From Squalus acanthias (taxonomy: Eukaryota), in the NCBI GenBank assembly GCA_030390025.1, contig CM059430.1, forward strand, positions 97,092,001 through 97,156,000: a DNA stretch of 64,000 nucleotides. Reading direction: 5' to 3'. A program made the translations under genes and the position numbers. Each line of letters begins with the position of its first letter. Positions within the stretch are counted from its first letter, which is position 1. Shown piece after piece: positions 50,902 to 64,000 of the stretch. The notes under the pieces are model-generated. The model did not search any database. It saw nothing but the letters and a program-made list of their open reading frames with translations, and was not told the origin of the DNA.

Positions 50902-51021
50902 TTACACTGCAGATAACTGTGCGTGTTTAGACGTAGGTAGTTCAAGTAGAGCTTGCACTGTAGAACCCACTTTCACGAGTCCCCTTTCTTCCAATATATG
51001 ATGAGGAAGACAAAGTTTATC
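50902..51021 (-). CDS. LRCH2: LRCH2 last coding exon (end of calponin-homology domain)
   Basis: DKLCLPHHILEERGLVKVGSTVQALLELPTSKHAQLSAV* vs recalled human ERLCLPHHILEERGLVKVGVTVQALLELPTTKASQLSVA; acceptor TTTTTTTTTAG; adjacent to IL13RA2 as in human. Confidence 0.93.
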   Translation of the reverse strand, partial: DKLCLPHHILEERGLVKVGSTVQALLELPTSKHAQLSAV

Positions 51022-51410
51022 CTAAAAAAAAATTAAAGATGATTAGATTCAAATAGAAGTTTATTCTACAGGTTGTCTGTATGCCCTCATACAAGTTATC
51101 CTCTTCAAGAAGTTAGACTACAAATGCCAGTTGTATTAGACCTTCTCACTTCAACCATTTAATTCTGTTGAGTATTTTTTTCCATTATTACTCGAGTATT
51201 TATTGCATTTTCGCAAGTCCTGTTTATATGCTTATTCAGCATCCAAAGCCATGACTTAGACTTTGCTCTGACTGAGCAGAAATTTTAACCAACCTAATTT
51301 TCAGTCAAAATATGCATCGTGACCCATTCAGCACTAAAACAATTATAAATTCGAAGAGGTTCCTCGGAGAATCAAGGATACACAAGATGTATATTATATA
51401 TATATATATT

Positions 51411-51540
51411 TTCTGACGAAAGGTCATTGACCTGAAAAGTTAATTCTGTTTCTCCCTCCACAAGTGCTGCTTGACCTGCTGAGTAGGTGCAGCATTTTCT
51501 TTTTTTTTATTTCAGATTTCCAGCATCCACAGTATTTTGA
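51411..51540 (+). mobile_element. PLE family-1 terminal fragment with mutated hammerhead
   Basis: CTGACGAAAGGTCATTGACCTGAAAAGTTAA. Confidence 0.8.
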
Positions 51541-52659
51541 CACCAAGAAAGTAGTAGAAGTTTTAAAAAAAAAATAAAACCAGTGGTAGAAGTTTGCAGT
51601 TAGTTTCAACTTTTACATGACAGTAAGTATTACAGTGTAAGTAGAAGGGGGTTCCTGTAAAAGGCAGAACGTGCACTTCTGTGCAGGTCATTCCTCATCC
51701 TCCAAATGAGGGGTGCTGGGAGTTAAAAATGAGACACAGCGAGAGCGATTACAGGAACCAAAAATTTACCATTCTACCAGCCAGATATAAATGTGTCACT
51801 TAGATGTACAAGTTTCCTTTAGATCAAGGGAAGTGAGATTTAAGCCAGCTAGTCCAAACATAGCTATCAACGCAGAAGGCGAATTTACCCAGGAGCAGAA
51901 GATCAAAGAAGTCTCGCTATCACCTCTGCGGACATATGTTCATCACTCTGTCTCAAGAGGTTAGCACCATTATTCCAGAGAAGGACAAAGCAACCAGCTC
52001 TACTATGCCAACTCATAAGGATGATTTCGCCCAAGTTCTGGATACATTGCTAACTACGAGTACATAAGACTTTAACCTATTTGGCTATCTAATACTGTTA
52101 ACTTGTCAGCTATCAAAGGAGTCTAATCATAAATTAATCTCACCAATTTATATCAATCTTGATCATGGATCTTACTGTCAAATAATATTCAGCAGGCCAG
52201 TTAATACTGAATTACCATGACATAACTGAACTACCTTTGTAGCCTCCATAATTCATATTCGTCAGTTAATCCTATCTACTAAACAATTTGCATACTCAAT
52301 GTCTAAATATAAATGCAGCTAATTATGATCATGAGATCAATCAAGAATCATTAGTTCATGACTTTATGGTTTGTCTGCTTCTTTTATGATTTGGCAAGAA
52401 CGGGTCAATTGATTCCCTCAGTAGGTTGTTCATATCCTAATATGAAGTTGGTAGTGTGAATGCTAACATAATCTGAACTGGTTGATGTAATACAGTTTGG
52501 CGAGCAAAACTCAGGCATCACTCTCTTGTCGGCATAGAGTGGGCAGTAAACCCCAGATGGTTCCTTGCTGAGGAAATAAAGTAAGGGTTAAGGATTCGTC
52601 GGACATTCATCTTCACCACTGACATTTTGTACTGGCTTCTGTGACTCGCGACGCGAGAG

Positions 52660-53612
52660 GGACCAGAGGAGGAACGGCAGAGTTAAAAGCAGCAGCGCCC
52701 GAGGCCAGAGACTAGAGGAGGAACAGCAGAGTTAAAAGCAGCAGCGCCCGAGACCAGAGACTAGAGGAGGAACGGCAGAGTTAAAAGCAGCAGCGCCCGA
52801 GACCAGAGACTAGAGGAGGAACGGCAGAGTTAAAAGCAGCAGCGCCCGAGGCCAGAGACTAGAGGAGGAACGGCAGAGTTAAAAGCAGCAGCGCCCGAGG
52901 CCAGAGACTAGAGGAGGAACGGCAGAGTTAAAAGCAGCAGCGCCCGAGACCAGAGACTAGAGGAGGAACGGCAGAGTTAAAAGCAGCAGTGCCCGAGGCC
53001 AGAGACTAGAGGAGGAACGGCAGAGTTAAAAGCAGCAGCGCCCAAGACCAGAGACTAGAGGAGGAACGGCAGAGTTAAAAGCAGCAGCGCCCGAGACCAG
53101 CGGCGACAGCAGGACCAGAGGAGCGGCAGAGTTAAAGGCAGCAGCGCCCGAGACCAGAGACTAGAGGAGGAACGGCAGAGTTAAAAGCAGCAGCGCCCGA
53201 GACCAGCGGCGACAGCAGGACCAGAGGAGGAGCGGCAGAGTTAAAGGCAGCAGCGCCCGAGACCAGCGGCGACAGCAGGACCAGAGGAGGAGCGGCAGAG
53301 TTAAAGGCAGCAGCGCCCGAGACCAGCGGCGACAGCAGGACCAGAGGAGGAGCGGCAGAGTTAAAGGCAGCAGCGCCCGAGACCAGCGGCGACAGCAGGA
53401 CCAGAGGAGGAGCGGCAGAGTTAAAGGCAGCAGCGCCCGAGACCAGCGGCGACAGCAGGACCAGAGGAGGAGCGGCAGAGTTAAAGGCAGCAGCGCCCGA
53501 GACCAGCGGCGACAGCAGGACCAGAGGAGGAGCGGCAGAGTTAAAGGCAGCAGCGCCCGAGACCAGCGGCGACAGCAGGACCAGAGGAGGAGCGGCAGAG
53601 TTAAAGGCAGCT
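52660..53612 (+). repeat. GC-rich tandem array (49-bp then 60-bp units) at the CR1 5' end
   Basis: About 9 units GACCAGAGACTAGAGGAGGAACGGCAGAGTTAAAAGCAGCAGCGCCCGA followed by about 7 identical 60-bp units from 53201. Confidence 0.95.
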
Positions 53613-54149
53613 ATCTGGGAGCGGGAGTGGATGGACCTGTGAGGGGGGAAAAAAAATCAAAGTGTGATGTCACAGGAAAGCAGTTAAGTGATTGGTTGCT
53701 GAGTATTTCTCTCTCTAAACTAGGGCATTGGTTTAAATTAAGAGCCATGATTATAGATTAAAAACTATACATAGATAATTGAGTGATTTTCAAAACTTGA
53801 AAACCTAATTAGTTAAATAAAATACAATAGAGATGGCAGGGCAGGTGATGTGTTGCAACTGTAGCATGTGGGAGCTGGTGGACCCCAGTCTGATCCACAG
53901 CAACCACATCTTCAGCTCGAGGAACTTCGGCTCAGAGTTGATGAGCTGGAGTCCGAGCTTCAGACACTGCGACGCATCAGGAAGGGGGAGAGTTACCTGG
54001 ACTCTTTGTTCCAGGAGGCAGTCACACCCCTTTGGTTAAATACTTCAAATTTGGGCCGTGGTCAGGGACAGGAGGGTGCGACTACAAGTGAGGCAGGTAT
54101 GGGGATCCAGAAGGTAGCATTGGAGGAGCCTCAGCTCTTGCTCTTGTCC

Positions 54150-57100
54150 TTCTTCTTCGACAGTCCCTTGGAACCGAGGATGACTTGCGTCCACACTAAA
54201 AATGAGTCCTCAGGTGACTGATGAGTCCAATGTGGGACCTACAGTCTCTGTCACAGGTGGGGCAGACGGTGGTTGAAGGGGCGGGTGGGTGGGTTGATGT
54301 GCGCTCCTTCCGCTTGCTCCCGGCAAAGAGACTCGAGGTGTTCGACGCTTTCCCAGATGCTTCTCCTCCACTTTGTGCGGTCTTGGGCCAGGAATTCCCA
54401 GGTGTCGGTGGGGATGTTGCACTTTTTCCAAGGAGGCTTTGAGGGTGTCCTTGAAGCATTTCTTCTGCCCACCTGGGGCTCTCTTGCCGTGTCGGAGCTC
54501 CAAGTAGAGCGCTTGTTTTGGGAATCTCGTATCGGGCATGCGGACGATGTGGCCCGTCCATCGGAGCTGATCAAGGTCAAAGCTTCGATGCTGGGTATGT
54601 TGGCCTGAGCGAGAACACTGACGTTGTTGCACCTATCCTGCCAATGGATTTGCAGGATCTTGCGGAGGCAGCGTTGGTGGTACCTCTCCAGTGCTTTGAG
54701 GTGCCTGCTGTACATGGTTCATGTCTCTGAAGCATACAGGAGGGCGGGTATCACTACTGCTCTGTGACCATGAGCTTGGTTTGAGGTCCTGGTCTTCAAA
54801 CACTCTCTTCCTCAGGCAACCGAAGGCTGCACTGGCACACTGAAGGCGGTGTTGGACTTAGTCATCGACGTCTTCCCTTGTTGATAGTAGGCTCCCGAGG
54901 TATGGAAAGTGGTTCACGTTGTCCAAGGCCTCGTCATGGATTGAGATAACCGGGCAGCAGTACTGTGTGGCGGGGGCAGGTTGGTAGAGGACCTTTGTCT
55001 TACGGATGTTTAGTGTAAGGCCCATGCTCTTGTACGCTTCGGTAAAGGTGTTGACTATGGTTTGGAGTTCGGCCTCAGAGTGTGCGCAGACACAAGCGTC
55101 GTCTGCATACTGCAATTCGATGACAAGAGGATGGGACGACCTTGGTTCTGGGCTGGAGGCAGCGGAGGTTGAACATTTTGTTCTGTAGATTAGCTCCACT
55201 CCAGCGGGGAGCTTACTGAGGGTGAGATGGAGCATTGCAGCCAGGAAGATCGAGAAGAGCGTTGGTGCGATGACACAGCCTTGCTTGACCCCGGTCTGTA
55301 CGTGAATTGGGTCTGTGGTGGATCCGTTGGTCAGGATCACGGCTTGCATGTCGTCGAAGCAGGCGGAGGATGGTGACAAACTTTTGAGGGCAGCCGAATT
55401 TGAGGAGGACACTCCATAATCCCTCACGCTTGACGGTGTCGAAGGCCTTTGTGAGGTCAAAGAAGGCCATGTACAGCGGTTGGTGCTGTTCCCTGCATTT
55501 CTCTTGTAGTTGACGCACAGTGAAGATTATGTCCATTGTGCCGCTTAGTGGGCAGAATCCACATTGCGACTCTGGGAGGAGCTCTTCAGCCACTGGGAGA
55601 AGGCAATTGAGGAGGAGTCTTGCGATGACTTTCTCTGTGGCAGACAGCAGGGAGACTCCTCTGTAAATACCGCAATCTGACGTCACCTTTCTTGAAGATG
55701 GTCACGATTACGGTGTCTGAGATCCCCTGGCATGCTCTTCTCCTTCCAAATAAGAGAAATGAGTTCATGTATTCGTGCCAATAGTGCTTCTCCACCATGT
55801 TTTAGCGCCTCGGCGGGGATTCCATCTGCTCCCGAGGCCTTGTTGTTCTTCAGTTGTCAGATGGCCTTTTCAACCTCATGCTGGGCTGCGGTTGTGCTGA
55901 GGTGGTGGCGGGTAGCATGCTGCGGGATGGAGTCGAGGACACTCGCGTCGAAGACAGCGTCTCAGTTAAGGCAATCTTCGAAGTGCTCCTTCCAGCGGGC
56001 ACTGACTGCCTCTCTGTCCTTGATGAGTACCTCTCCGTTCTTGGCCCACAGTGGGGTAGGACCTTGGGTGCTTGGGCCATAGGTGATCTTGACTGCGCTA
56101 AAGAATCCACGCATGTCGTGGTTGTCGGCTAGCTGCTGGATCTCCTGTGCTTTCGCCACCCACCATCTGTTCTTTAGGTTGTGAGTTTTTTGTTGGACCT
56201 TGGCCTTCAGGCGTCTGTAGAGCTGCTTTCTTGCTCTCGAGTTATGTTGCTGTTTCCAGATCAGGAATGCCTTGCGCTTGCGGCTTATTAGCTCCTGGAT
56301 CTCCTGGTCGTTCTCGTCGAACCAGTCTTGGTGTTTCCTGGTCGAGTGACCGAGCGTCTCTTCACAGGTGCTGATTATGGAGGTCTTGAGTGCAGACCAG
56401 GTGCTGTGGACACTCTGTCTCTGAATCACTGGGAGTCGTCAGGTTGGTTGTGAGGTGCAGGCTGAATAGGGCTTTCTTAGCAGGGTCTTTGAGTGCTCCA
56501 GCGTTGCTTTTCCTGCAGCATTGCTTCGGTTGTCGCTGGTGTTTTGGGGCTACATTGATGGAGATGACAGAGCGGTTTAGGCGGTGGTCTGTCCTGCAGT
56601 TGTCAGCTCCTGTCATGGCATGGGTGATGCAGACGTCCTTGCGGTCCCTCGCTCAGATGATGATGTAGTCCAGCAGATGCCAGTGCTTGGAGCGAGGGTG
56701 TTACCATGAAGCCTTGTACTTGTCTCTCTGACGGAACAAGGTGTTGGTTATGACAAGGCCATGTTCTAAGCATTTCGTCAGGAGGAGGGTACCGTTGGAG
56801 TTGACTTTCCCTACCCCCTCTCTGCCGATCACACCTCCCCAGAGGTCTGTGTCCTTTCCAACTCTGGCGTTGAAGTCGCCAAGGAGGATCAGCTTGTCAC
56901 CCGTTGGGACTCGGGACAGGGATTGTTCGAGGCTGGAGTAGAATTCCTCTTTGGTCTCATCTGTGGCTTCCAGTGTTGGGGCGTACGCACTGATGACCGC
57001 AGCGCACTGGTTCCGGGCTAGGGTGAACCGTAGAGTCATGAGGCGTTCGTTTATTCCACAAGGGGAGTCTCAGACGTTCAACTAGCTCACTTTTTACAGT

Positions 57101-57435
57101 GAAGCCTACCCAATGGAGGCGGCGTTCTTCTTCAGGTTTGCCTTTCCAGAAGAAGGTGTAACCACCGCCTTGCTCCTTGAGCTGGCCTTCCCCTGCCCGC
57201 CAGGTTTCGCTTAGGGCGGCGATGTCTATGTCGAAACGTCTGAGCTCCCGGGCAACGATAGCAGCATGGCGTTCCGGTCTGTCGCTGTTGGGGTTGTCCA
57301 CGAGGGTCCTGACGTTCCAGGTCCCGAACTTCATTTTAAAGGGTGGAAGATGCCTGTGCGTGAATTATTTTAACGTGGGGTGGCCGTTGCACACCAGTTA
57401 CCACACGGGCTTGACAGAGCAAGGTCTTGGTCCAA
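54150..57435 (-). mobile_element. full-length RTE LINE nested in CR1 ORF1
   Basis: MKFGTWNVRTL..ALSET APE start through RT to C-terminal CPTC..HLRTH; (GAA)n tail; TSD TGCTCTTGTCC (54139-54149) / TGCTTTTGTCC (57436-57446). Confidence 0.95.
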
Positions 57436-60400
57436 TGCTTTTGTCCAACAGGTACGAGGCTCTTGCAGCCTATGTGGACGAGAGCAGGGACTGCAGGGAG
57501 GATGAGCAAACTGACCACAGCACTGAAGTACAGGTGGCCATTCAAGCTGGGGGAGTAAAAAGGAATGTAGTAGTATTAGGGGACAGTATAGTTAGGGGGA
57601 TAGATACTGTTCTCTGCAGCCGAGAGCGTGAATCCTGAAGGCTGTGTTGCCTGCCTGGTGCCAGGGTTAAGGACATCTCCTCGGGGCTGGAGAGGAAGTT
57701 GGAGTGGGAAGGGGAGGATCCAGTTGTTGTGGACACGTAGGTACCAATGACATAGGTAAGACTAAGAAAGAGGTTCTGCTGAGGGAGTATGAGCAGCTAG
57801 GGGCTAAATTAAAAAGCAGAACCACAAAGGTAATAATCTCTGGATTACTACCTGAGCCACAAGCAAATTGGCATAGGATCAATAAGATCAGAGAGTTGAA
57901 TGCGTGGCCCAAAGATTGGTGTGGGAGAAATAGGTTTCGATTCATGGGGCACTACCACCAGTACTGGGGAAAGAGGGAACTGTTCTTTTGGGACAGGCTT
58001 CACTTGAACCATGTCGGGACCAGTGTCCTGGCGAATCGAATAACTAGGGCTGCAGATAGGGCTTTAAACTAAATAGTTGGGGGGGGGGGGGGGTTCAGGT
58101 GAGGGGAAATTTAGAAAGTTAAAGAGAAAGAATAAGGCAATAGTGCAGGGTAGCGATAAGGGTAATGATAACCAGAGTGAATGTGACAGGAAAGGACAGA
58201 GCGTACAAATATAAGAGAGCACCAGCAAATAGGGTCAAAGTAGGGAAAAATGGTAAAGAGACAAAATTAAAGGCTCTTTATCTGAATGCATGCAGCATTC
58301 GTAACAAGATAGATGAATTGACGGCACAAATAGAAATAAATGGGTATGATCGGATAGCCATTACAGAGACATGGTTGCAAGGTGACCAAGGCTGGGAACT
58401 GAATATTCAGGGGTATTTGACATTTTGGAAGGATAGGCAGAAAGGAAAAGGAGGTGGGGTAGCTCTGTTAAAGGATGAGATCAGTACAGTAGTGAAAAAT
58501 GATCTTGGCTCAGAAGATCAAGATGTAGAATCAGTTGGGTGGAGATAAGAAATAATAAGGGAAAGAAGTCACTGGTGGGAAGAGTCTATAGGCTCCCTAA
58601 CAGTAGCTACACTGTAGGACAGAATATAAATCAAGAAATAATGGGGGCTTGTAAGAAAAGTACTGCAATAATCATGGACGATTTTAATCTTCATACATAT
58701 TGGACAAATCAAATTGGCAAAGGTAGCCTTGAGGACGAGTTCATAGAGTGTCAAGACGGTTTCTTAGAACAAGACGTTGTGGAACCAACCAGGGAACAGG
58801 CTAATTTAGATCTGGTAATGTGTAATGAGACAGGATTAATTAATGATCTCATAGTAAAGGATCCTCTAGGGAAGTGATCATAACATGATAGAATTTCACA
58901 TTTAGTTTGAGGATGAGAAACTTGGGTCTGAAACTAGTGTCTTAAACTTAAATAAAGGCAATTACAAAGGTATGAAGACAGAGTTGGCTAAAGTGGACTG
59001 GGAAAATAGATTAAAAGGTAAGATGGTAGATAAACAGTGGCAGACATTTAAGGAGATATTTTATAACTCTCAACAAGGATATATTCCAGTGAGAAAGAAA
59101 GACTCTACGAGAAGGATGAACCACCCATGGTTAACTAAGGAAGTTAAGGATAGTATCAAATTGAAAGAAAAGGCATACAATGTTGCAAAGATTAGTGGTA
59201 GGCCAGAAGATTGGGAAATTTTTTGAAACCAGCAAAGGATGACTAAAAAAATAAAGAGGGAGAAAATAGATTGAGAGAGTAAACTAGCAAGGAATATAAA
59301 AACAGACAGTAAGAGCTTCTACAAGTATATAAAAAGGAAGAGAGTAGCTAAAGTAAACATTGGTCCATTAGAGGATGAGACTGGGGAATTAATAATGGGA
59401 AACAAGGAAATGGCACAGACTCTGAACAAATATTTTGTACCTGTCTTCACGGTAGAAGACACTAAAAGCATCCCAATAATAGTAATCAAGGGGCAAAAGG
59501 GAGGGAGGAACTTAAAACAATCACTATCACTAGAGAAAAAGTACTAGGCAAACTAATGGGACTAAAGGCTGACAAGTCCCCTGGAGCTGATGGCCTGCAT
59601 CCTAAGGTCTTAAAAGAAGTGGCTGCAGAGACAGTGGATGCATTGGTTGAAATCTTCCAAAATTCCTTAGATTATGGAAAGGTCCCAGCGGATTGGAAAA
59701 CTGCAAATGTAACACCCCTATTTTAAGAAAGGAGGGAGACAGAAAGCAGGAAACTATAGGCCAGTTAGCCTAACATGTCATTGGGAAAATGCTGGAATCC
59801 ATTATTAAGGGAGTAGTAGCAGGACATTTAGAAAATCATAATAAAACCATGTTGACTCTACTTGATTGTATGAAAGGGAAATCATGTTTGACAAATTTAT
59901 TAGAGTTCTTGGAGGATGTAACAAGCAGGGTGGATCAAGGGAACCAGTAGATTTAGTGTATTTGGATTTCCAGAAGGCATTCGATAAGGTGCCACATAAA
60001 AAGGTTACTGCACAAGATAAGAGCTCACGGTGTTGGGGGTAATATTAGCATGGATAGAGGATTGGCTAACTAACAGAAAATCGGGATAAATGGGTCATTT
60101 TCAAGTTGGCAAATTGTAACTAGTAGGGTGCCACAGGGATCAGTGCGGGGGCCTCAACTATTTACAATTTATATTAATGACTTGGATGAAGGGACCGAAT
60201 GTACTGTAGCCAAATTTGCTGACGATACAAAGATAGGTGGGAAAGCAAGTTGTGAGGAGGACACAGAGTCTGCAAAGGGATATAGATAGGCTAAGTGAGT
60301 GGGCAAAAATTTGGCAGATGGAGTATAATGTGGGAAAATGTGAGGTGGTTATCCACTTGGGTAGGAAGAATAGAAAAGCAAAATATAATTTAAATGGAGA

Positions 60401-62985
60401 GAGACTACAGAATGCTGCAGTACAGAAGGATCTGGGTGTTCTCGTACATGAAACACAAAAAGTTAGGATGCAGGGACAGCAAGTAATTAGGAAGGCAAAT
60501 GGAATGTTGGCCTTTATTGCAAGGGGGATGGAGTATAAAAGTAGGGAAGTCTTGCTACAACTGTACAGGGCGTTGGTGAGACCACACCTGCAGTACGGTG
60601 TACAGTTTTGATCTCCTTATTTAAGGAGGGATATACTTGTATTGGAGGCAGTTCAGAGAAGGTTCACTAGGTTGATTCCTGAGATGAAAGGGTTGTCTTA
60701 TGAGGAAAGGTTGAGCAGGTCAGGCTCTATTCAGTGGAGTTTAGAAGAATGAGAGGTGATCTTATTGAAACATAAGATTCTGAGGGGGCTTGACAGGGTA
60801 GATGCCGAGAGGATATTTTCCCTCGTGGGGGAATCTAGAACTAGGGGGCATAGTTTCAGGATAAGGGGTCGCCCATTTAAGACGAAGATGAGGAGGAATT
60901 TCTTCTCAGAGAGCCGTGAATCTTTGGAATTCTCTGCCCCATATAGAGCTGTGGAGGCGGAGTCAGTGAATATATTCAAGGCGGAGATAGACAGATATTT
61001 GAGCTACAGGGGAGTCAAAGGTTATGGGGAACAGGCAGGAAAGTGGAGTTGAGGCCAAGATCAGATCAGCCATGATCTTATTGAATGGCGGAGCAGGCTC
61101 GAGGGGCCAAATGGCCTACTCCTGCTCCTATTTATGTTCTTATGACTAGCTCTTCTGTACCTAGGATAAAAGAGGGGGATCTCCCTTGAACATTGCCCTG
61201 GTCATAATTACAGCTGTATTACCACCTACCGCTCTATAAGAAGTTAAGGGGTCTCAAATTTATCAATGACTCCTAAAGTCAATATCCAACACCATGGAAA
61301 TTGATAAATTTTACAGGTCCCTCTAAGTTTGCAGACTCTGCCCCCAAAAAAATGCAAACAGTTTAAAAAAAACACAGCTCATCTTGTATAGGAGCAACAA
61401 CCAGACCACATCTCTCCAATTTTGGAGAGGATAGACTGGCATAAAACAGGAAATAAATGGGAAGATTGGCAGAAGCAGGCATTTTTCTACCACTATTTGC
61501 CCAGATCATTTAACCCTAGCCATTTATAGGAACCTCTTTAGGATCAAGTAACAAATTATTGCTGCAGTGGAGTATACCTGCAATGTCTTTGGGGTTTTGC
61601 TGGCACTTTGAGCACCTCATCATGTTCCCCAAGATATTTTTCGCTCATAAGTACGGTCTAACTGCTTTATGTGGAAGCTTGGAAATATATAGTCTGGCAT
61701 TTTACTCCAAGGTGATTGGATAAAATCATATTCTCACTTCAAAAGTGTCACACTGGACCACTTCAGCCATTTCTTGGTATGACTATTTGCCATGGGAAGA
61801 ATGATGATCTTCAAAGAAGTATAGACCATCCTGGCAACCTAGTAGTTATGTAATTTTTAATTGGTGCAGTCATTCAACCAGTGCACCTGCTATGAATTCA
61901 TCCTCATTTACAAAGTACCCTGAAATACACCCCTAGCCCCATGCGCCCAATCTCTTAGATCCCATCTCAGGTGGCATGTGTTCTTTCCCTATTGCAATAA
62001 CTTCCTATAAATCAGGTGTTAGATGAGTATTGCAAAGGACAAGTAGACACCAATTATTACTCTAAATTAATCTATCTTGACTGGACTCAGCAACATTAAT
62101 TCAGATATCTCCAACCAAATCTGGAATGAAGAATTCTGAATACAGTAAATTCTAGGAGCTCTGATTTGCAACACAGTAGCCAGGAAAAGGTACATAAAAC
62201 AAAATCCTACTTGAGAATTGATGCTGCATTTGTAGATTAAAAAATAATTCAAAGGGCTACTCCAGGAAGTAGTTTCCTCTTTGCTCTCATTTGGATTCAG
62301 AAGAGCTCAGATTATTCAAACCATAGGTAACCTTAAACACAAACAAAGTAAGGGCTACGCAGTAGGATTAGCCAATACTCTCAAAAGCTGGGTAGGGCAT
62401 TGGCCAAAACCACTGGTCTTTCTAGAAGGAATCCAGAACCAAGACTAGTTGGATTGATGCAGCTACGTGGTAACCCTTTAATAGCTGTTATCCATCCATA
62501 ACAAATAATTTGATTGGTAGATTGTACTTGTGGGAGCGAAAGTCCGCATTACCCGAGTACCTCAAATGTTCTTTCTGGGAAGTCTGTGGAATCAGCACAG
62601 CATGTGCTTAAATTTGTTAAACATGCCTAAAAGCAAGGATATCTTCACAGGAAAGTAAAATAGTAGAATGTGTAAGAGTCATTCAGCCATAGCTGTAATG
62701 GTCTGGAATATGTCAGCTTGGTCACTTGTGTTTAGGGGAATGGGTAGAGTTTATGACAGCAATGAGGTCACTTGTGTTTATGGAAGTGCATGTTTGTTTA
62801 GTTCATGCTTATATTCTGTCGGCATTTGTATGCATCTTTGATGTACTATAATTTATTGGTGGTATGTTTGAAATGTAGTGGTGATCAAAGGTGAAATTTG
62901 ACATGAGAGGTGTGAATGAATCACTGTTCAGCAGCTCATACTGGAATCGTGAAGCATGTCTCAGAGCCCATACTGGTTCTGGATA

Positions 62986-63102
62986 TGATGCAGAGATGCC
63001 AGTGTTGGACAGGTGACCTGACGAAGGAGCAGCAGCTCCGAAAGCTTGTGATTTCAAATAAAACTGTTGGACTATAACCTGGTGTTGTGCGACTTCTCAC
63101 TT
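62986..63102. mobile_element. miniature PLE family-2 insertion with hammerhead core
   Basis: Inverted tail TGATGCAGAGATGCC + CTGACGAAGGAGCAGCAGCTCCGAAAGCTTGTGA; TSD TGGTTCTGGATA (62974-62985) / TGGTTGTGGATA (63103-63114). Confidence 0.88.
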
Positions 63103-64000
63103 TGGTTGTGGATAGTATGAGGTTTCAATAAAGTCCTGATCCTGCATTGAGTACTCGTGTAATCTGGCGTTTAAAGTAACGAGAGGAAAAAGAAGAAAGC
63201 AGTCCAACTGTACTCATGCCAGAACTTCCAAAAACTGAAAGACTCTGTGCTCTTGGAACCTAATTACCACTTCAACTCAAACTCCTGTGCCAAAATGTTA
63301 GCAACAGCAACTTTCAAAGAAAAGCATGATGTTGCAATACTGGAAATAACTCATCACCCAAGAACACCAATGCCTTGGGAAGACTGCCAGCAAGAGAAAG
63401 ACTGAAACTCGCTCCCTGGCCATACGAGACTGAATAGAGCTTACCTCAAACCTCAGTATCCGTGACTGACTAGAACATCTTCCTGTTTCAGAGGAATTCT
63501 TATATGACCTAGATTACTTGTGTTACGAGAATTGTATCAAATTACAAAGGCCTCTTCCAGTGCATGGAGCAAATTCATTCTATTTGAGCATCTGTTTCTA
63601 ATGATTTCTCGATATGCGCTGCTGGAGATGAAGACGCTCTTCAGTCTTGGAAGTTGTATCTTAATGAAGGCAATGAAGAAAACTGTGGCAATCAGGGGAA
63701 AAGCCCCACAACTGGATGCAGAGAACCCAAAACTGGGTGTTCAGCATGATCTGAAAGAGGCTTCAATTTGACCAAAGTCTGGAGGCTGACCGCGTGTAGT
63801 ATGCAAGTGGGAAAATCATGCAATAATTGCAAGGGTTTAAAACCTCAAAGTGACACCATTCCAGAGATTTTCCTTCATGGCACTCTGGCCTTAATGCACG
63901 TAGAGACAAGAAAGACAATTTAATGCTCTATTCAAGCACATCAACTTCCAATTAAAGCACCGAGTGTTAAATTCCAAGCTTTCACAATGCGAATGTTGTG

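Larger units (their letters stand above)
52660..61144 (+). mobile_element. near full-length CR1 LINE (ORF1 Zn-finger/zipper + SGNH esterase; ORF2 APE-RT), degraded
   Basis: MAGQVMCCNCSMWE, LEELRLRVDELESEL, VVLGDSIVRG, HVGTND, YLNACSIRNK, KSPGADGLHP, RT motifs, tail TATGTTCTTATG. Confidence 0.93.

Noticed and set aside
52660-53612. CRISPR-like array
   Set aside because: Units are head-to-tail with no unique spacers, there are no cas genes, and the context is a vertebrate CR1 5' end
57335-57435. HDV-like ribozyme in the RTE 5' UTR
   Set aside because: Some pairing potential, but I could not assemble the nested double pseudoknot by eye
62067-62252. Possible LRCH transmembrane-isoform exon (SQVGFCFMYLFLATVL)
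   Set aside because: Only loose resemblance; it lacks the preceding DLCSP..DIL CH-domain segment and a convincing in-frame acceptor

Overview
Eukaryotic DNA from a jawed vertebrate, very likely a cartilaginous fish (shark): HE1-type V-SINEs, Deu-domain SINEs, HER1-like CR1 LINEs and Penelope-like elements dominate. Two host genes lie on the minus strand. One is a complete IL13RA2 (interleukin-13 receptor alpha 2): a non-coding exon ending at 30250, then 9 coding exons from 28078 down to 6905, with a signal peptide, three FN3/cytokine-receptor domains, WSDWS, a TM helix and a short tail. The other is the last coding exon of LRCH2 (50902-51021) with a probable long 3' UTR. This matches the LRCH2-IL13RA2 order at human Xq23. 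As assembled, IL13RA2 coding exon 4 is 1 nt short and frameshifted. The rest is transposon-rich: a 5'-inverted Vingi LINE with TSD, two Penelope-like families carrying minimal hammerhead ribozymes (one forming fixed-end inverted insertions), a full-length CR1 with a 5' tandem-monomer array and a nested RTE, Harbinger/MITE remnants and SINEs. Most ORFs in the supplied track are TE fragments or spurious. All family and gene assignments come from recalled motifs and sequences, not database searches.
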